Under the pieces are notes generated by a model. The model ran no database searches. It was not told the origin of the DNA and saw only the letters and a list, made by a program, of their open reading frames with translations. Below are positions 1 through 12,205 of a stretch of DNA of 64,000 nt, one piece after another. The DNA lies in contig NC_043007.1 of the NCBI RefSeq assembly GCF_006345805.1, positions 35,836,001 to 35,900,000 of the forward strand, written 5' to 3'. The stretch's first letter is position 1, and each line of letters opens with the position of its first letter. A program made the position numbers and the translations under genes. Origin of the DNA: Octopus sinensis. Lineage: Eukaryota.

Positions 1-224
1 AGGGGGCAGTACAGCCCATTTTGGAAACCACTGAGCTAGATGAACAGTACAGAAGTATAATAAGAAGAGACTTAGTGTAAAGACATCCCCTTGCTTCACA
101 CTACTTTTGACCTCAAATGACAGTGATGCTGACCCATTTGATAACAATGAACTTTACGCTGTCATGAAGAGAGCAAATGATAGCGAGGAAATTCTTCAGA
201 GATATGATTCATGAATTCAGTGTG

Positions 225-1375
225 ATGATTCCTCACCCATGGGTGTCTCTCTATGGGAACCTGAGCTGATCAAGGGAAAGAATACAGGTGACAAATAAAG
301 AAATAACTTTCAGATATGGACGTTTGCTGCAGATTACTATTTACTCTGTAGTAATGCCATTTTGGAAGTCTTCAGCGCACACGTGCAGAGCTGGATTTCT
401 TCCGGGACGCCGCTGGAAGTTCCCTTATGCGCATGCTCAGAGAACTAGCAACAGCAAGATTTCCCACTGTATCGATCTCTCTCGAAGCGGACACCGAATT
501 GAATGGATGTGTTATCATAGCTCTCCCAAGAAAGCCAACATGTAGCGAAGCTACACTATGCTGGAGCGAAACAGGATTTGGTTCACACCATTTAACGACA
601 GTGACTAGCTCCCAATGGCTACCGGTTCGACCTGAAGGAAATGTGCCGGTGGCACGTAAGAAACACCCACTACACTCACGGAGTGGTTGGTGTTAGGAAG
701 GGCATCCAGCTGTAGAAACACTGCCAAATCAGACTTGAGCCTGGTGCAGTCTCCATGGCTTACCAGACCCCGGTCGAACGGTCCAACCCATGCTAGCATG
801 GAAAACAGACGTTAAATGATGATGATGATATATTATTGCGAATCCAGAAAAAATTAATATTATTTATGCTGTTGAAGATATTCGAAGTCTTGGTTTTCCT
901 TCGACAAATAATTCAATGTAACGGGATGAGACCTGCACCCCTCAAGCGTTCCAGACCTTTCATCCTTGTTACAACTCTAATGAAGAAAAAGGAAAAAAAA
1001 GTGAAAGGCCAAAAGGAGGGGATAAACAACAGCAAAAATGTGTAATGGGGAGCATCAACCTGAAAACAATAATGAAGACAGGAGCAAAGAAAAAGGTGAA
1101 TTGAAATTCACTATCCTACATAGGAATAACCAGTGCCTTATTAACACAATGACATATTTTTGCAGTAAGTACTGTAGTACTGTGCTTGGAAGTACAAATC
1201 AATGAAAAACAATTAGGTTCACACTATAAGAGATAATTCATGCAGAAAATGTTAATTAGCACCTTTTATTGCACCAGACAGTAGTGCAAACGATGGCAGG
1301 TGGGTAGAGACATGGATGGGGTGACAAATGACCTGACAAATGATTTCTCGCTCATATGTGGGTGAGAATCCTAAA
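225..1375. mobile_element. possible decayed DNA transposon
   Basis: Weak inverted ends (GATTCCTCACCCA about 228-240; TGGGTGAGAATCCT about 1359-1372) enclosing non-coding sequence and a family C insertion. Confidence 0.25.
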
Positions 1376-1547
1376 TGTTTTCCATATATTTTCTTCCTTT
1401 TTTTTTATTGTTTACAGTATATCTTGTTTCAGTTTTAATCTTATCTTTTATCTTTTACTTGTTTCAGTCATTTGACTGCGGCCATGCTGGGACATCGCCT
1501 TGAAAAGTTCAGTCGAACAAATTAACCTTGTTATTTTTAAGCCTCTT

Positions 1548-1756
1548 TTACTCTTTTACTTGTTTCAGTGATTTTGACTGTGGCCATGCTGGAGCACCAC
1601 CTTTAGTCGAGCACATCGACCCCAGGACTTATTCTTTGGAAGCCTAGTACTTATTCTATCAGTCTCTTTTGCCGAACCGTAAGCACACCAGCATTGCTCG
1701 ACAGCCGATGTTGGGGGGACAAACACAGACACACAAACATATACATGCACACATAC

Positions 1757-1798
<42 letters not shown>

Positions 1799-1955
1799 GA
1801 CAGGCTTCTTTCAGTTTCCGTCTACTACATCCACTCACAAGGCTTTGGTCGGCCCAAGGCTTTTGTAGAAGACACTTACCCAAGGTGCCACGCAGTGGGA
1901 CTGAACCCGGAACCATGTAGTTCATAAGCAAGCTACTTACCACACAGCCACTCCT
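1548..1955 (-). mobile_element. SINE family B
   Basis: Same structure on the minus strand. Other copies at about 11065-12667 (split by the HHR element), 25700-25970, 30070-30760, 36215-36610, 43598-43985, 44010-44360, 45463-45912, 46810-47110, 54485-54870, 57935-58295, 60128-60472 and 60560-60750. Confidence 0.85.
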
Positions 1956-3036
1956 ACGCCTAGCAATTATTCTATTGGTCTTTTTTGCTGAGCCACTAAA
2001 TTACAGGGATGTAAACACACCACCACTGGTTGTCAAGCAGAGGTGGGGGACAAACACAGACACACACATGTAGATATATGCAAATATACTACAGGCTTCT
2101 TTGAGTTTCTGTCAACTAAATCTACTCACAAGGCGTTGGTCAGCCTGAGACTATAGTAGAAGGCGCTTGCTCAAGGTGCTACACAGTTGGACTGAACCTG
2201 AAACCATGAGATTGAAAAGTTTATCCCCTCTTTTTTTTTTTAAATTTATTTCTGTGTAATTACTGAAGTCCTTATTAATTCTTAAAGTTGTCTCCACTTC
2301 CATTACACAACATCTGTCACTTCTCTGTTTCTGCATAAATTTTTTCCCTCTGACTCCACGCATATCTTTGCAAACCCCTTGATTAACATTTTTCATGTTT
2401 ATTGTATCTCTGTAAGCTCTTGTGGCTAATGAAGAAAAGATAATTATTACTATTACTCGTACAATTAATAGAGTTAAAGGACTACCAGAAAAAAAGAAAA
2501 CAGGACAGTGAAAGCATAACCCACATTACAGTAGTACAAACAGCTGTTATACACATACATTCCAAACTACATGGAAAAATTAGGCCAGTCAAGTGATAGG
2601 CAAGCTTGACTCACCAAAACGATAAAATCTCTTTTGTTATGTTTGTTTTTTTTATTCCCCTTTTGCTCCCTTCCAATAATTTATTTCAATGAAAATAAGA
2701 AAGTGGCCCTGACTATTGCAGGCCCTTCACCCTTATTAGTGAGACTGATGTCCAGTCTAAACATCTGCAGTATAAAAACTGATAGGTTTGGATGAAAACA
2801 TGAATCTGGTTTGAATGCATAGAGGAGACTAAACTCATCTAAAAAGGTCATTAGAAGGACCAAGCATTTTGATGTTACATCGAGTGGTTTGTTAAACCTT
2901 TTAAATACAGTAATCATTATCATTATTAGAAATTAACATTGCAGTATTCATCTCAATTTCATATACATCATCATCATCACTATTACTACTATTATTATTA
3001 TTAAGGCAGCAAGCTGGCAGAATCATTAGCACACTG

Positions 3037-3735
3037 GTATTGTTTTCAGTTGTCTTTGTTTGTCAGTGGACAAGATATCTCAAGAACCACCGGATGGATT
3101 TGGATGAAACTTTCAAGGATGTTTGGCCTTGTCTCATTAGATTTTGTGATCGATCCAGTACCGGACAAGGATTCTGGATTATTTTTCCGATTTTTTTTTT
3201 ACTTACATATATATGTAAAGTTTTACATAATTCTCTTGTATATGCACACACATACACTCACACATTTTCAGCATTGAACATTACCATCCCATTTCCATTG
3301 TACACACACATATGCACACAAACATACCTCTCTTTTACACACACACATATACTCACACTTCAAACGCTGTTTATCGGCTTTTTCATTCCTTCCTTCGTTA
3401 TTCATCTATCACCCCTTCCCTTCTCATTCATGATGCTCTCTTTGCCACTTCATTTCGTCTTCCTCTCACTCTCTCTCAGTCATGGCTATTACTCTCACTA
3501 CTTCTCCTTCACTGTATTAGTATTTCACCTCCTCTCTCTTCACCTCTCACTCAATATATATATATTTGGATTATTTTTTCCGTTTGAGAGTAGTTAGGTT
3601 CATTTTTAGTATTCTCTTTGTGAGAGCAGCCCTGATTATTTAAGATATTCTCATTTTAAAAATCATCTTCAGCTAATTGTTGAGAGGACGTTGGTGTTGC
3701 CTTGGCAGAGGTTTGTGCTCTCTGAGTTCTCTTGT
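3037..3735 (+). mobile_element. Helentron/HINE-like non-autonomous element
   Basis: GTTTGTC..GATATCTCAAGAACC..GGATGGATTTGGATGAAACTT..TTAGATTTTG..GATCC block and 3' CCTTGGCAGAGGTTTGTGCTCTCTGAGT end, resembling widespread aquatic-animal DINE-like elements; 5' end truncated. Confidence 0.55.
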
Positions 3736-3939
3736 TGTTGATGTCATCGTCGTTATCATCATCATTATTATTATTCAGGAAGCAGCTGGCAGCATTGTTT
3801 GCAGTTCAGACAAAATGCTTAGTGGCCATTTCATTGGACTCTGCTTTCTGAGTTCAACTTTGCTTTTCATCCTATTAATAAAATGAAGTATAGCGCGGAA
3901 AACGGACGTTAAACGATGATGATGATGATGATGATGTGT

Positions 3940-4417
<478 letters not shown>

Positions 4418-4789
4418 ACCCTTCAGAATGTGGGGCTGATGTAATCAACCCCCCACCTTTCCCCAAATTTTAGGCCTTGAGTGAAGATTAGAAACAATCA
4501 GTCACATTAGTATTGAAAGGGTAGTGTATTAGTGTATTGGTAGAATCAGTACAGTGAAGGAAAACCTACGCTTTGCAGTATTTCATGTACTTCGCATTAT
4601 GAGTTCATATCCCACTGATGTTGATACAAAGCAAATGTCAGATTAAACCCTGTGTCAGTGTAATTGTGTCCTCACTCAAAATGCATGTCATTATTATTGA
4701 TGGTTGAACTGAATAAAAAAAACTGAGTGCAATACAGTACTTAGTTCGTTCATGTACATTTAGAAATTAATTACTATTTACGTCCTCCA

Positions 4790-4811
4790 GAGAGAGAGAG
4801 AGAGAGCGGGA

Positions 4812-4866
<55 letters not shown>

Positions 4867-5185
4867 GAAGGAAGGAAGAGAGAGGTAAAGAGAGATACAG
4901 TTAAAGGAGAGAGGAAGAAAGAGAAAAAGGGTAGCTATAAAGACAAAAGAGCAAAAAAGAGAACTAGAGAACAGAAAGACAGCTAGAGAGAAAGTGAAAA
5001 TCAGAGAGACAGAGAAATGAACTAGACAAAGAGAGAGAATAAAGAGAGAGCGACAGAGACAGACAGATAGACAGAAAGAGCTAGAGAGAGACTAGAAGAT
5101 ATAGGATGAGAGATGTGAGCTAGTGAGCAAATGAGATACGAGAGTGAGAGAGAGAGAGAAAAAGAGATAGAGACAAACAGACAAA
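4790..5185. repeat. purine-rich compound microsatellite (GA)n/(GAAA)n/(GGAA)n
   Basis: Direct reading; on the Bax (minus) strand this is a long polypyrimidine tract just downstream of the BH3 exon donor. Confidence 0.9.
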
Positions 5186-5208
5186 TACTACTGAAGTGAG
5201 TCACTTAC

Positions 5209-5293
5209 TCTTGCAGTCTTTGGTCTCCATCTAATTCATCACCAATACACCGTAGAGCACGTCCTATTTCTTCTAGCTGAGACATCGGTGGAC
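5209..5293 (-). CDS. BAX: Bax-like apoptosis regulator, BH3-domain exon
   Basis: Acceptor ttttgatccag, 85-nt phase1/phase2 exon encoding (G)PPMSQLEEIGRALRCIGDELDGDQRLQ(E/D), donor gtaagt at 5208. BH3 motif LRCIGDELD; a phase-2 intron after BH3 as in vertebrate BAX. BH1/BH2 exons not found in the window (probably left of base 1). Confidence 0.92.
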
Positions 5294-5473
5294 CTGGATC
5301 AAAATACAAACACATTGTACTGGTTAGAACCGGGCAATGGTCACTGCTATCTAACAATGGATAAAAACCTTAAAGGAAGTTCTGACTATGTGTTGGAATA
5401 ATGTGGTAACGAAAAGTCAACATTGGATCAATGACTAATATGTTAATAACATTTCAGCAAGTGTGGGAGACAA

Positions 5474-5515
5474 CTCTCGACATGTTTTGATCTTATTAGT
5501 TCTCATCAGCAAAAG
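5474..5515 (-). ncRNA. decayed minimal hammerhead ribozyme (probably inactive)
   Basis: Minus: CTTTTG-CTGATGAG-AACTAATAAGATC-AAAA-CATGTC-GAGAG. G12 appears mutated to A; stem III palindrome ACATGT; stem I partly wobble. Confidence 0.5.
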
Positions 5516-6032
5516 CATAGATTTTAGTGAACTTGATGAAGTAGCAATGATAGAACCATAAAGTAGTAGACACTTAATGTTGTTATCCTTATTCTTTAGC
5601 CATGAGTCAGCACTGGCTGAGCAGACCTATGATTAAATGCCACAATCCTAATCTCCTTTCAAGCACTATACATCTAGTACTACATTATCCAATTTTTCTC
5701 TTCCTTTTTAGTACACTTTGGGTTATTTGAATGAGAATTGGCAGCAATTTCCAGCAAGATGAGTAACCACTTAAAGGTTTGGATTAGCTAATTGCACAAT
5801 ATATTGAAATATGTTTAATAAATTTACTTTTTAATACATTGCTGATTACTCCAACTTTAACTGAGCAAACTTATGATCAAAAGCATTCCGGCCATGGCCA
5901 TCTCGTCTTTTAAGTGGTTTTTAGGTCTATATTATCTAATGTGCCCTTCCTTGTTTAAGACAATGGAGTTTGATTCAAGGGATGTTTGATTGCTGGTTCT
6001 AGCAACCATGTACAGGCTCCCACTACATTTGT

Positions 6033-6413
6033 GGAAGCACTCCGTTGGTTACGACGACGAGGGTTCCGGTTGATCCGAATCAACGGAACAGCCTGCTCGT
6101 GAAATTAATGTGTAAGTGGCTGAGCACTCCACAGACACGTGTACCCTTAACATAGTTCTCGGGGATATTCAACGTGACACAGAGAGTGACAAGGCCGACC
6201 CTTTGAAGTACAGGTACAACAGAAACAGGAAGTAAGAGTGAGAGAAAGTTGTGGTGAAAGAGTACAGCAGGGATCACCACCCCCTGCCGGAGCCTCGTGG
6301 AGCTTTTAGGTGTTTTCGCTCAAAAAACACTCACACGCCCGGTCTGGGAATCGAAATCGCGATCCTATGACCGCGAGTCCGCTGCCCTAACCACTGGGCC
6401 ATTGCGCCTCCAC
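6033..6413 (-). mobile_element. tRNA-derived SINE (family D, tRNA-Arg-like head)
   Basis: Head GTGGAGGCGCAATGGCCCAGTGGTTAGGGC with A/B boxes; perfect 12-bp TSD CACTACATTTGT. Confidence 0.9.
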
Positions 6414-8442
6414 CACTACATTTGTAAACCCTCTACAACTGGTGAGACTAATGCAGTTGATGTTTAGTCTGAATATATGCAGATCAATATAAGCATGGAA
6501 TGGAGGGGGAAAGGCGCAGGGGGCTGTAAGTTTATAATAGATTCCGAAGTCACCTCAGGCAGTGCCACTCAAAGTGGTGGTTTGAGGACCAGCGCCAGTA
6601 CATGGCAAGTTTCCGGAAAAGAAACGTTATAAAAAAATTGTCAACTTTTATTACAGTCATTATATATATTGTTTCTGGTATAAATTAATATTACTGGTCC
6701 CTGGCATACTGGAAAAAAAAACTGCCGGTATGCCACATCAGATGGTTTGGAGAAGCTCTTGACCTAAGGAACAAGCAATGGTGGTGGTGGTGATAGTAGT
6801 TTCTAAGTGACTGATATAAGGTTTGAAGTAGTTGTGTCATAGTACTGTTTTGGGACCAAGTATTATGTCATCAGATCATCTTTGTATGATATCTGCATGA
6901 CTTGTAGAGGAATCAGAATGTTATCTAGGTATAGGTTGGTACTCCGACCAGGAAATTTTAAGTTCTGGAAGAGTTGGTGACCTTATAGTTTGTATGTTGT
7001 TTCTTCAAGTGGTGTCATGTTAAACCAGGCAGTATGGCAAACCAATGACCTAAATATATGTGTATATATATGTGTGTTGGTGTGTGCATACAGATGAACT
7101 GGTGATGAAAAGTTCCTGGATTCGGGCAAAAGAAAATACAGGAGGATCAGTTAATTGTGATTTTATACAACATATTCCCCTCCCAGAAACACACACTTAT
7201 TGCAGCAGTCCTTCAGTTTTTCTAAACCTTGTAAAAAAACTTGAAACATTGGGACTCCAACTAGGCCTTTCACAATACCTTAAAACTAGGAACTTTTCAG
7301 CACCCTCTTGTGTGTGTATGTGTGTGTGTGTGCGTGTGTATGGTGTATGTATGTATGTATGTATGTATGTATATGTGTGTATATGTATGTGTGAGAGTAT
7401 ATATATATTTTTTTTTCTCTCCTTGTTTCTTTCTGTGTCCCTTTCTGTAGAAGAGCGTAGGCTCGAAATGTAAAAGACTTTTTCTATTCCTGAGCGTTAT
7501 ACTAATACATCTGTTTGTTTTCTATACCACCTGTCTTCGTCTTTTGTTTTTTGCATAAACTCTCCCTATATATATAATGCTAGCATGGAAGGCAGACATT
7601 TAAATTATGACGATGATGTCTAATCATATGGTTAGGAAATTCATATTACAACTACGTTTCCAGGTTTGACAAATATCATACATGTGGTATTTGGTCCCTT
7701 ACAGAAGCTTGGGGTATATGCATGTGTATATCAGTGTAAAATGATATATCAAGTTGCTTCCCTTTATGTCAAGCATAAATTTAGACATTTACTAAATTTA
7801 AAATCCACGAAGGTGGTACTCTAGTATGGTCGCAACTTAATGACTGTTAACCCTTTAATATTTAATGTGGCCATATCTGGCCCAAGTGTTCCAAATGTTT
7901 TATGTTCAATCTGACCAGATCTGTCCTCTCACACCTACCCTGCAACATCATTCTAAAAATAATGAATGGCACGTAAAAGAACCATCTGAATGTGGCCGTT
8001 GCCAGTGCCGCCTCGACTGGTCTCCGTGCCGGAGGCACGTAAAAAGCACCAACCGATCGTGGACGTTGCCAACCTCGCCTGGCACATAAAAAGCACCCAC
8101 TGCACTCACGGAGTGGTTGGCGTTAGAAAGGGCATCCAGCTGTAGAAACACTGCCAGATCAGATTGGAGCCTGGTGCAGCCTCCTGGCTTCCTAGACCCC
8201 AGTCGAACCGTTCAAAATAATGTGAAGAATAAGTTTTACATTCAACAGATTAATTTGAATGCTAAAGGGTTAATATCATCATCACTCAACATTCATTTTC
8301 CATGCTGACATGTGCTTGACAGTTTAAGAATGATTGACAAGCTATATAATTGTGCCAGGCTTCAGTAACTGCTTTGGAATGGCTTCTACGGTTTGTTGCC
8401 CTTCATAATGCCAACCACTCTACAGAATGTTTTGAATGTTAA

Positions 8443-9023
8443 GGCGGCGAGATGGCAGAAACGTTAGCACACCGGGCGAAATGCCTAGCATTATTTCATC
8501 TGCCGCTACGTTCTGAGTTCAAATTCCGCCGAGGTCGACTTAGCCTTTCATCCTTTCGGGGTTGATTAAATAAGTACCAGTTATGCACTGGGGTCGATAT
8601 AATCGACTTAATCCGTTTGTCTGTCCTTGTTTGTCCCCTCTGTGTTTAGCCCCTTGTGGGTAGTAAAGAAATAGGTATTTCATCTGCCATTATGTTGAGT
8701 TCAAATTCTGCCGAGGTCAACTTTGCCTTTCATCCTTTTGGGGTCGATAAATTAATTACCAGTTATGCACTGGAGTCGATATAATCGACTTAATCCCTTT
8801 GTCTATCCTTATTTGTCCCCTTGTGGGTAGTAAAGAAATAGGTATTTTGTCTGCCATTACGTTGAGTTCAAATTCTGCCGAGGTCAGCTTTGCCTTTCAT
8901 CCCTTCGGGGTCGATAAATTAATTACCAGTTATGCACTGGAGTCGATATAATCGACTTAATCCCTTTGTCTGTCCTTGTTTGTTCCCTCTATGTTTGGCC
9001 CCTTGTGGGCAATAAAGAAATAA
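8443..9023 (+). mobile_element. SINE family A, head-to-tail trimer
   Basis: Head GGCGGCGAG.TGGCAGAA, B box GAGTTCAAATTCC, core GCCTTTCATCCTTTCGGGGTCGAT..AAGTACCAG, tail CCCCTTGTGGG..AAAGAAATA; three partial units. Confidence 0.85.
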
Positions 9024-9368
9024 GAATGTTTTGAGTGCTTTATTCCTAACATCAACATGCAGTATACTTAAGTTAATTAAGGAATGCGGAAAAGTGGCCA
9101 CATGCTTAATAAGCTCCTGAAACCTGAGAAGATAAATGCGGTTGATGCCTGATCAATGTTTGTAGAAACAACATGGGATAAGTAGCAATCCAATAATACT
9201 ATATATGTGTATGTTTGTAAGCTTTCCCAGAGTGATGAAATCAATGCAGCTTGAATTCAGTTTACACTTGTATAGATGGGTGGCTGCAAAAGAAAAAAAG
9301 CATGAAACAAGGAGCAAGTACAACAAGCAAGTTAATGCTGAGTTATGACTGAACAGATAGTTACTTAC

Positions 9369-9515
9369 CTGTTGGTGTGTCTGGTTCGATGAGGTTGGAC
9401 TCTTGCAGAGGATTTTCAAAGCCTTCATTTTCCATCCTGTCATGGATGAACTGGTTCAACAAACACCGCGCCTGGTTGCCCACATCATCTCTGTTTAAGT
9501 TTTTCCTGGGCGGTT
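9369..9515 (-). CDS. BAX: Bax-like apoptosis regulator, internal coding exon (alpha1 region)
   Basis: Minus strand: polyT tract + cag acceptor (AG at 9517-9516), 147-nt phase1/phase1 exon encoding (E)PPRKNLNRDDVGNQARCLLNQFIHDRMENEGFENPLQESNLIEPDTPT(G), donor gtaagt at 9368. LLNQFIHDR resembles Bax helix 1 (human LLQGFIQDR). Splices in frame to the BH3 exon. Confidence 0.88.
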
Positions 9516-11440
9516 CTGAAAAAAAAAAAAATAATAATAATTGAAGTGCAAGGGTCATACAACAAATAAGATAAGAAGAAGCAAAAAGAAGTGAAGATTT
9601 CAGTTCCACAGTAGAACCAATGGCAGAAAAACAAAACAAAACAAACTTAAAAATCCTCTCTCAATATATTTCAAACCTATTTACAATGAATATATACACA
9701 CAGTCAGTAGCTGTGTGGTTAAGAAGTTTGGTTCCGTATCATGAGGTTTTGGGTTCAGCCCCATTGTGTGGAACACAGGGTAATTGTTCTTCTACTGCAC
9801 CTCAGGTTGACCCAAACCTTCCGGAAGGATTTGGTAGACAGAAACATTAGCACGCCGGGAGAAATGCTTAGCAGTATTTCATCTGCCGCTATGTTCTGAG
9901 TTCAAATTCCGCCGAGGTCGACTTTGCCTTTCATCCTTTCGGGATCGATTAAATAAGTACCAGTTACGCACTGGGGTCGATGTAATCGACTAAATCCGTT
10001 TGTCTGTCCTTGTGTGTCCCCTCTATGTTTAGCCCCTTGTGGGTAATAAAGAAATAAGAAACTGAAAGAATGTATGTGTGTGTGTGTGCAATCATCATTA
10101 TTGTAATGCCCACTTTTCCATGCTTGCATGGTTCAAGTGGAGTTGAGGAGGATTTTCTACAGGTGGATGCTCTTCCTGTCACCAACACTCACTTGTTCCC
10201 AAGCGAGATAATATTTCCTCATGGCCAGACAAGTTTTTGCAGAATAATGGAAATGGATGGTATTCATTTACAACAGTCATGTGATATCATGACAAGGAGA
10301 GAGAGAAACACACACACACACGTGACTGTGTGTATGTTTGTATTTCCTTGTCTTGACTTTGCACAATAATTGTCAAAGTATGTCACTGTCACACAAGCAC
10401 TACCATTCACTTTCAGTACTTTATGTAAATGTGTCTGGTTATGGAGATATTTAACCTTGCTTGGAAACAGGTGTGGCTTGGTAACAAGAAGCATATCTAA
10501 CCATAGAAAATCTGCCTCTATAAACAATAAGCATGTACATTATGATGATGATGATATAGTATGTTTTGCAATCATGTGATTTCATGTTCTGTTCAACAGC
10601 GTAACATCTTAACTATTTTGTGATCATATTTCTACTGAAACGATTTTTAAAATAACACTAACATTAGTAAAATAAAATAGTCATTGTTGATACACTTTTT
10701 GGTACAAAAGTTAACATAAATATTTTGTTTTTTGGATTTGGTTTGCAAGATTCTTTATATGAGTTCGTGTGTTGAAGCATATTCTGTTGTGTCTGGGGAG
10801 AGTCATTTTCTTTTTGTGCCTTATTATGTAATACACTCACCGGTAAAATTTCCACTTTTTTCCCTTATTTTTATTGTCCTAAAATTTTTGTTGCGTCTTG
10901 CAACCTTTTCAATAGTGAGTGTGTTACATAATACATGGCTCTCCCCAGACACAACAGTTAACATAAAATTTTGACAAAAAGGCGTAATTTAGATTACTTT
11001 AACCTTTTCGTTACAATATTTCTGACCAAATGCACTGTTTTTGTTTCAATTAATTTTAAAGATAACTCTTTTACTTGTTTCAGTCATTTGACCATGGCCA
11101 TGCTAGAGCACCACCTTTAGTCAAGCACATCGACCCCAGGACTTATTCTTTGTAAGCCTAGTACCTATTCTATCGGTCTTGTTTGCTGAACCGCTAAGTT
11201 ACGGGGACGTAAGCACAGGGGCACAAACACAGACATACAAACATTTACACACACATACATATATATATATATATAATATATATATAAAATAAAATAAATA
11301 TAAGAGAGTGGTCACTATATGGCTCACTCTAGCACCAGTTAATCCAATAGGTTTCAACCACAAAAATACATGTTTCCCATGAAAGTCAGTACGATTGTTA
11401 GCTCACACGGACAGGGCAAATAAAAAATAACAAAAATACA

Positions 11441-11532
11441 GATTATTTTGGGACAATTGTTTCGCTATTAATGAATTAAATGTAATTTTACTTACAAAAA
11501 AATCCACTTGTAGCTCCTCAGCCAAAACTATC
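11441..11532 (-). ncRNA. type I hammerhead ribozyme, canonical core
   Basis: Minus strand: stem I TTTTGG/CCAAAA (extendable to GATAGTTTTGG/CCAAAATAATC), CTGAGGA, stem II GCTA/TAGC around a 43-nt insert, GAAA, palindromic stem III ACAATTGT, GTC cleavage triplet (C17 at 11452). Confidence 0.85.
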
Positions 11533-12113
11533 TGGATGAAATCCACTCAATCACACGCCAGATTTTATCATAACGATAAATACGCGTGTGGTTCAATTGA
11601 TTACATCCGACGTTATAATTCAAATGCCCCAACTAACAGCGCGCCAAATTTTCACGGAAAACAAATACAGCATTTAGAAATAAATGCAGCATAATTATAA
11701 TTAATTAATAAGGGTGAGAGAATTAGATACTAATTTAATAGTATATCTATTCTACACCAAGTGGCCTATTAACTGGTGCTAGAGTGAGCCATATAGTGAC
11801 CACTCTCTTATATTTATTTTGTAAAAATATTATAATATATTATAAAATATTATAATAATCCAGGTTTCTCGGAGCACTAGGCCACTTGGTGTAGAATAGA
11901 TATACTATTAAATTAGTATCTAATTCTCTCACCCTTATTAATTAATTATAATTATGCTGCATTTATTTCTAAATGCTGTATTTGTTTTCCGTGAAAATTT
12001 GGCGCGCTGTTAGTTGGGGCATTTGAATTATAACGTCGGATGTAATCAATTGAACCACACGCGTATTTATCGTTATGATAAAATCTGGCGTGTGATTGAG
12101 TGGATTTCATCCA

Positions 12114-12205
12114 GATAGTTTTGGCTGAGGAGCTACAAGTGGATTTTTTTGTAAGTAAAATTACATTTAATTCATTAATAGTGAAACAATTGTCCCAAAA
12201 TAATC
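12114..12205 (+). ncRNA. type I hammerhead ribozyme, inverted twin of 11441-11532
   Basis: CTGAGGA 12125-12131; stem II GCTA/TAGT (G10.1-U wobble replaces G-C); GAAA 12183-12186; ACAATTGT; C17 at 12194; stem I TTTTGG/CCAAAA. Confidence 0.8.

Noticed and set aside
3655-3672. CTGAAGA motifs at 3664 (-), 19033, 23593 (-), 27756 and CTGATGA at 31497, 39826 (-)
   Set aside because: No correctly placed GAAA plus flanking stem I complementarity.
11304-11381. Peptide RVVTIWLTLAPVNPIGFN resembling a GIY-YIG C-terminal P.G.N motif
   Set aside because: It is antisense to the hammerhead, very short and has no upstream ORF; likely coincidence.
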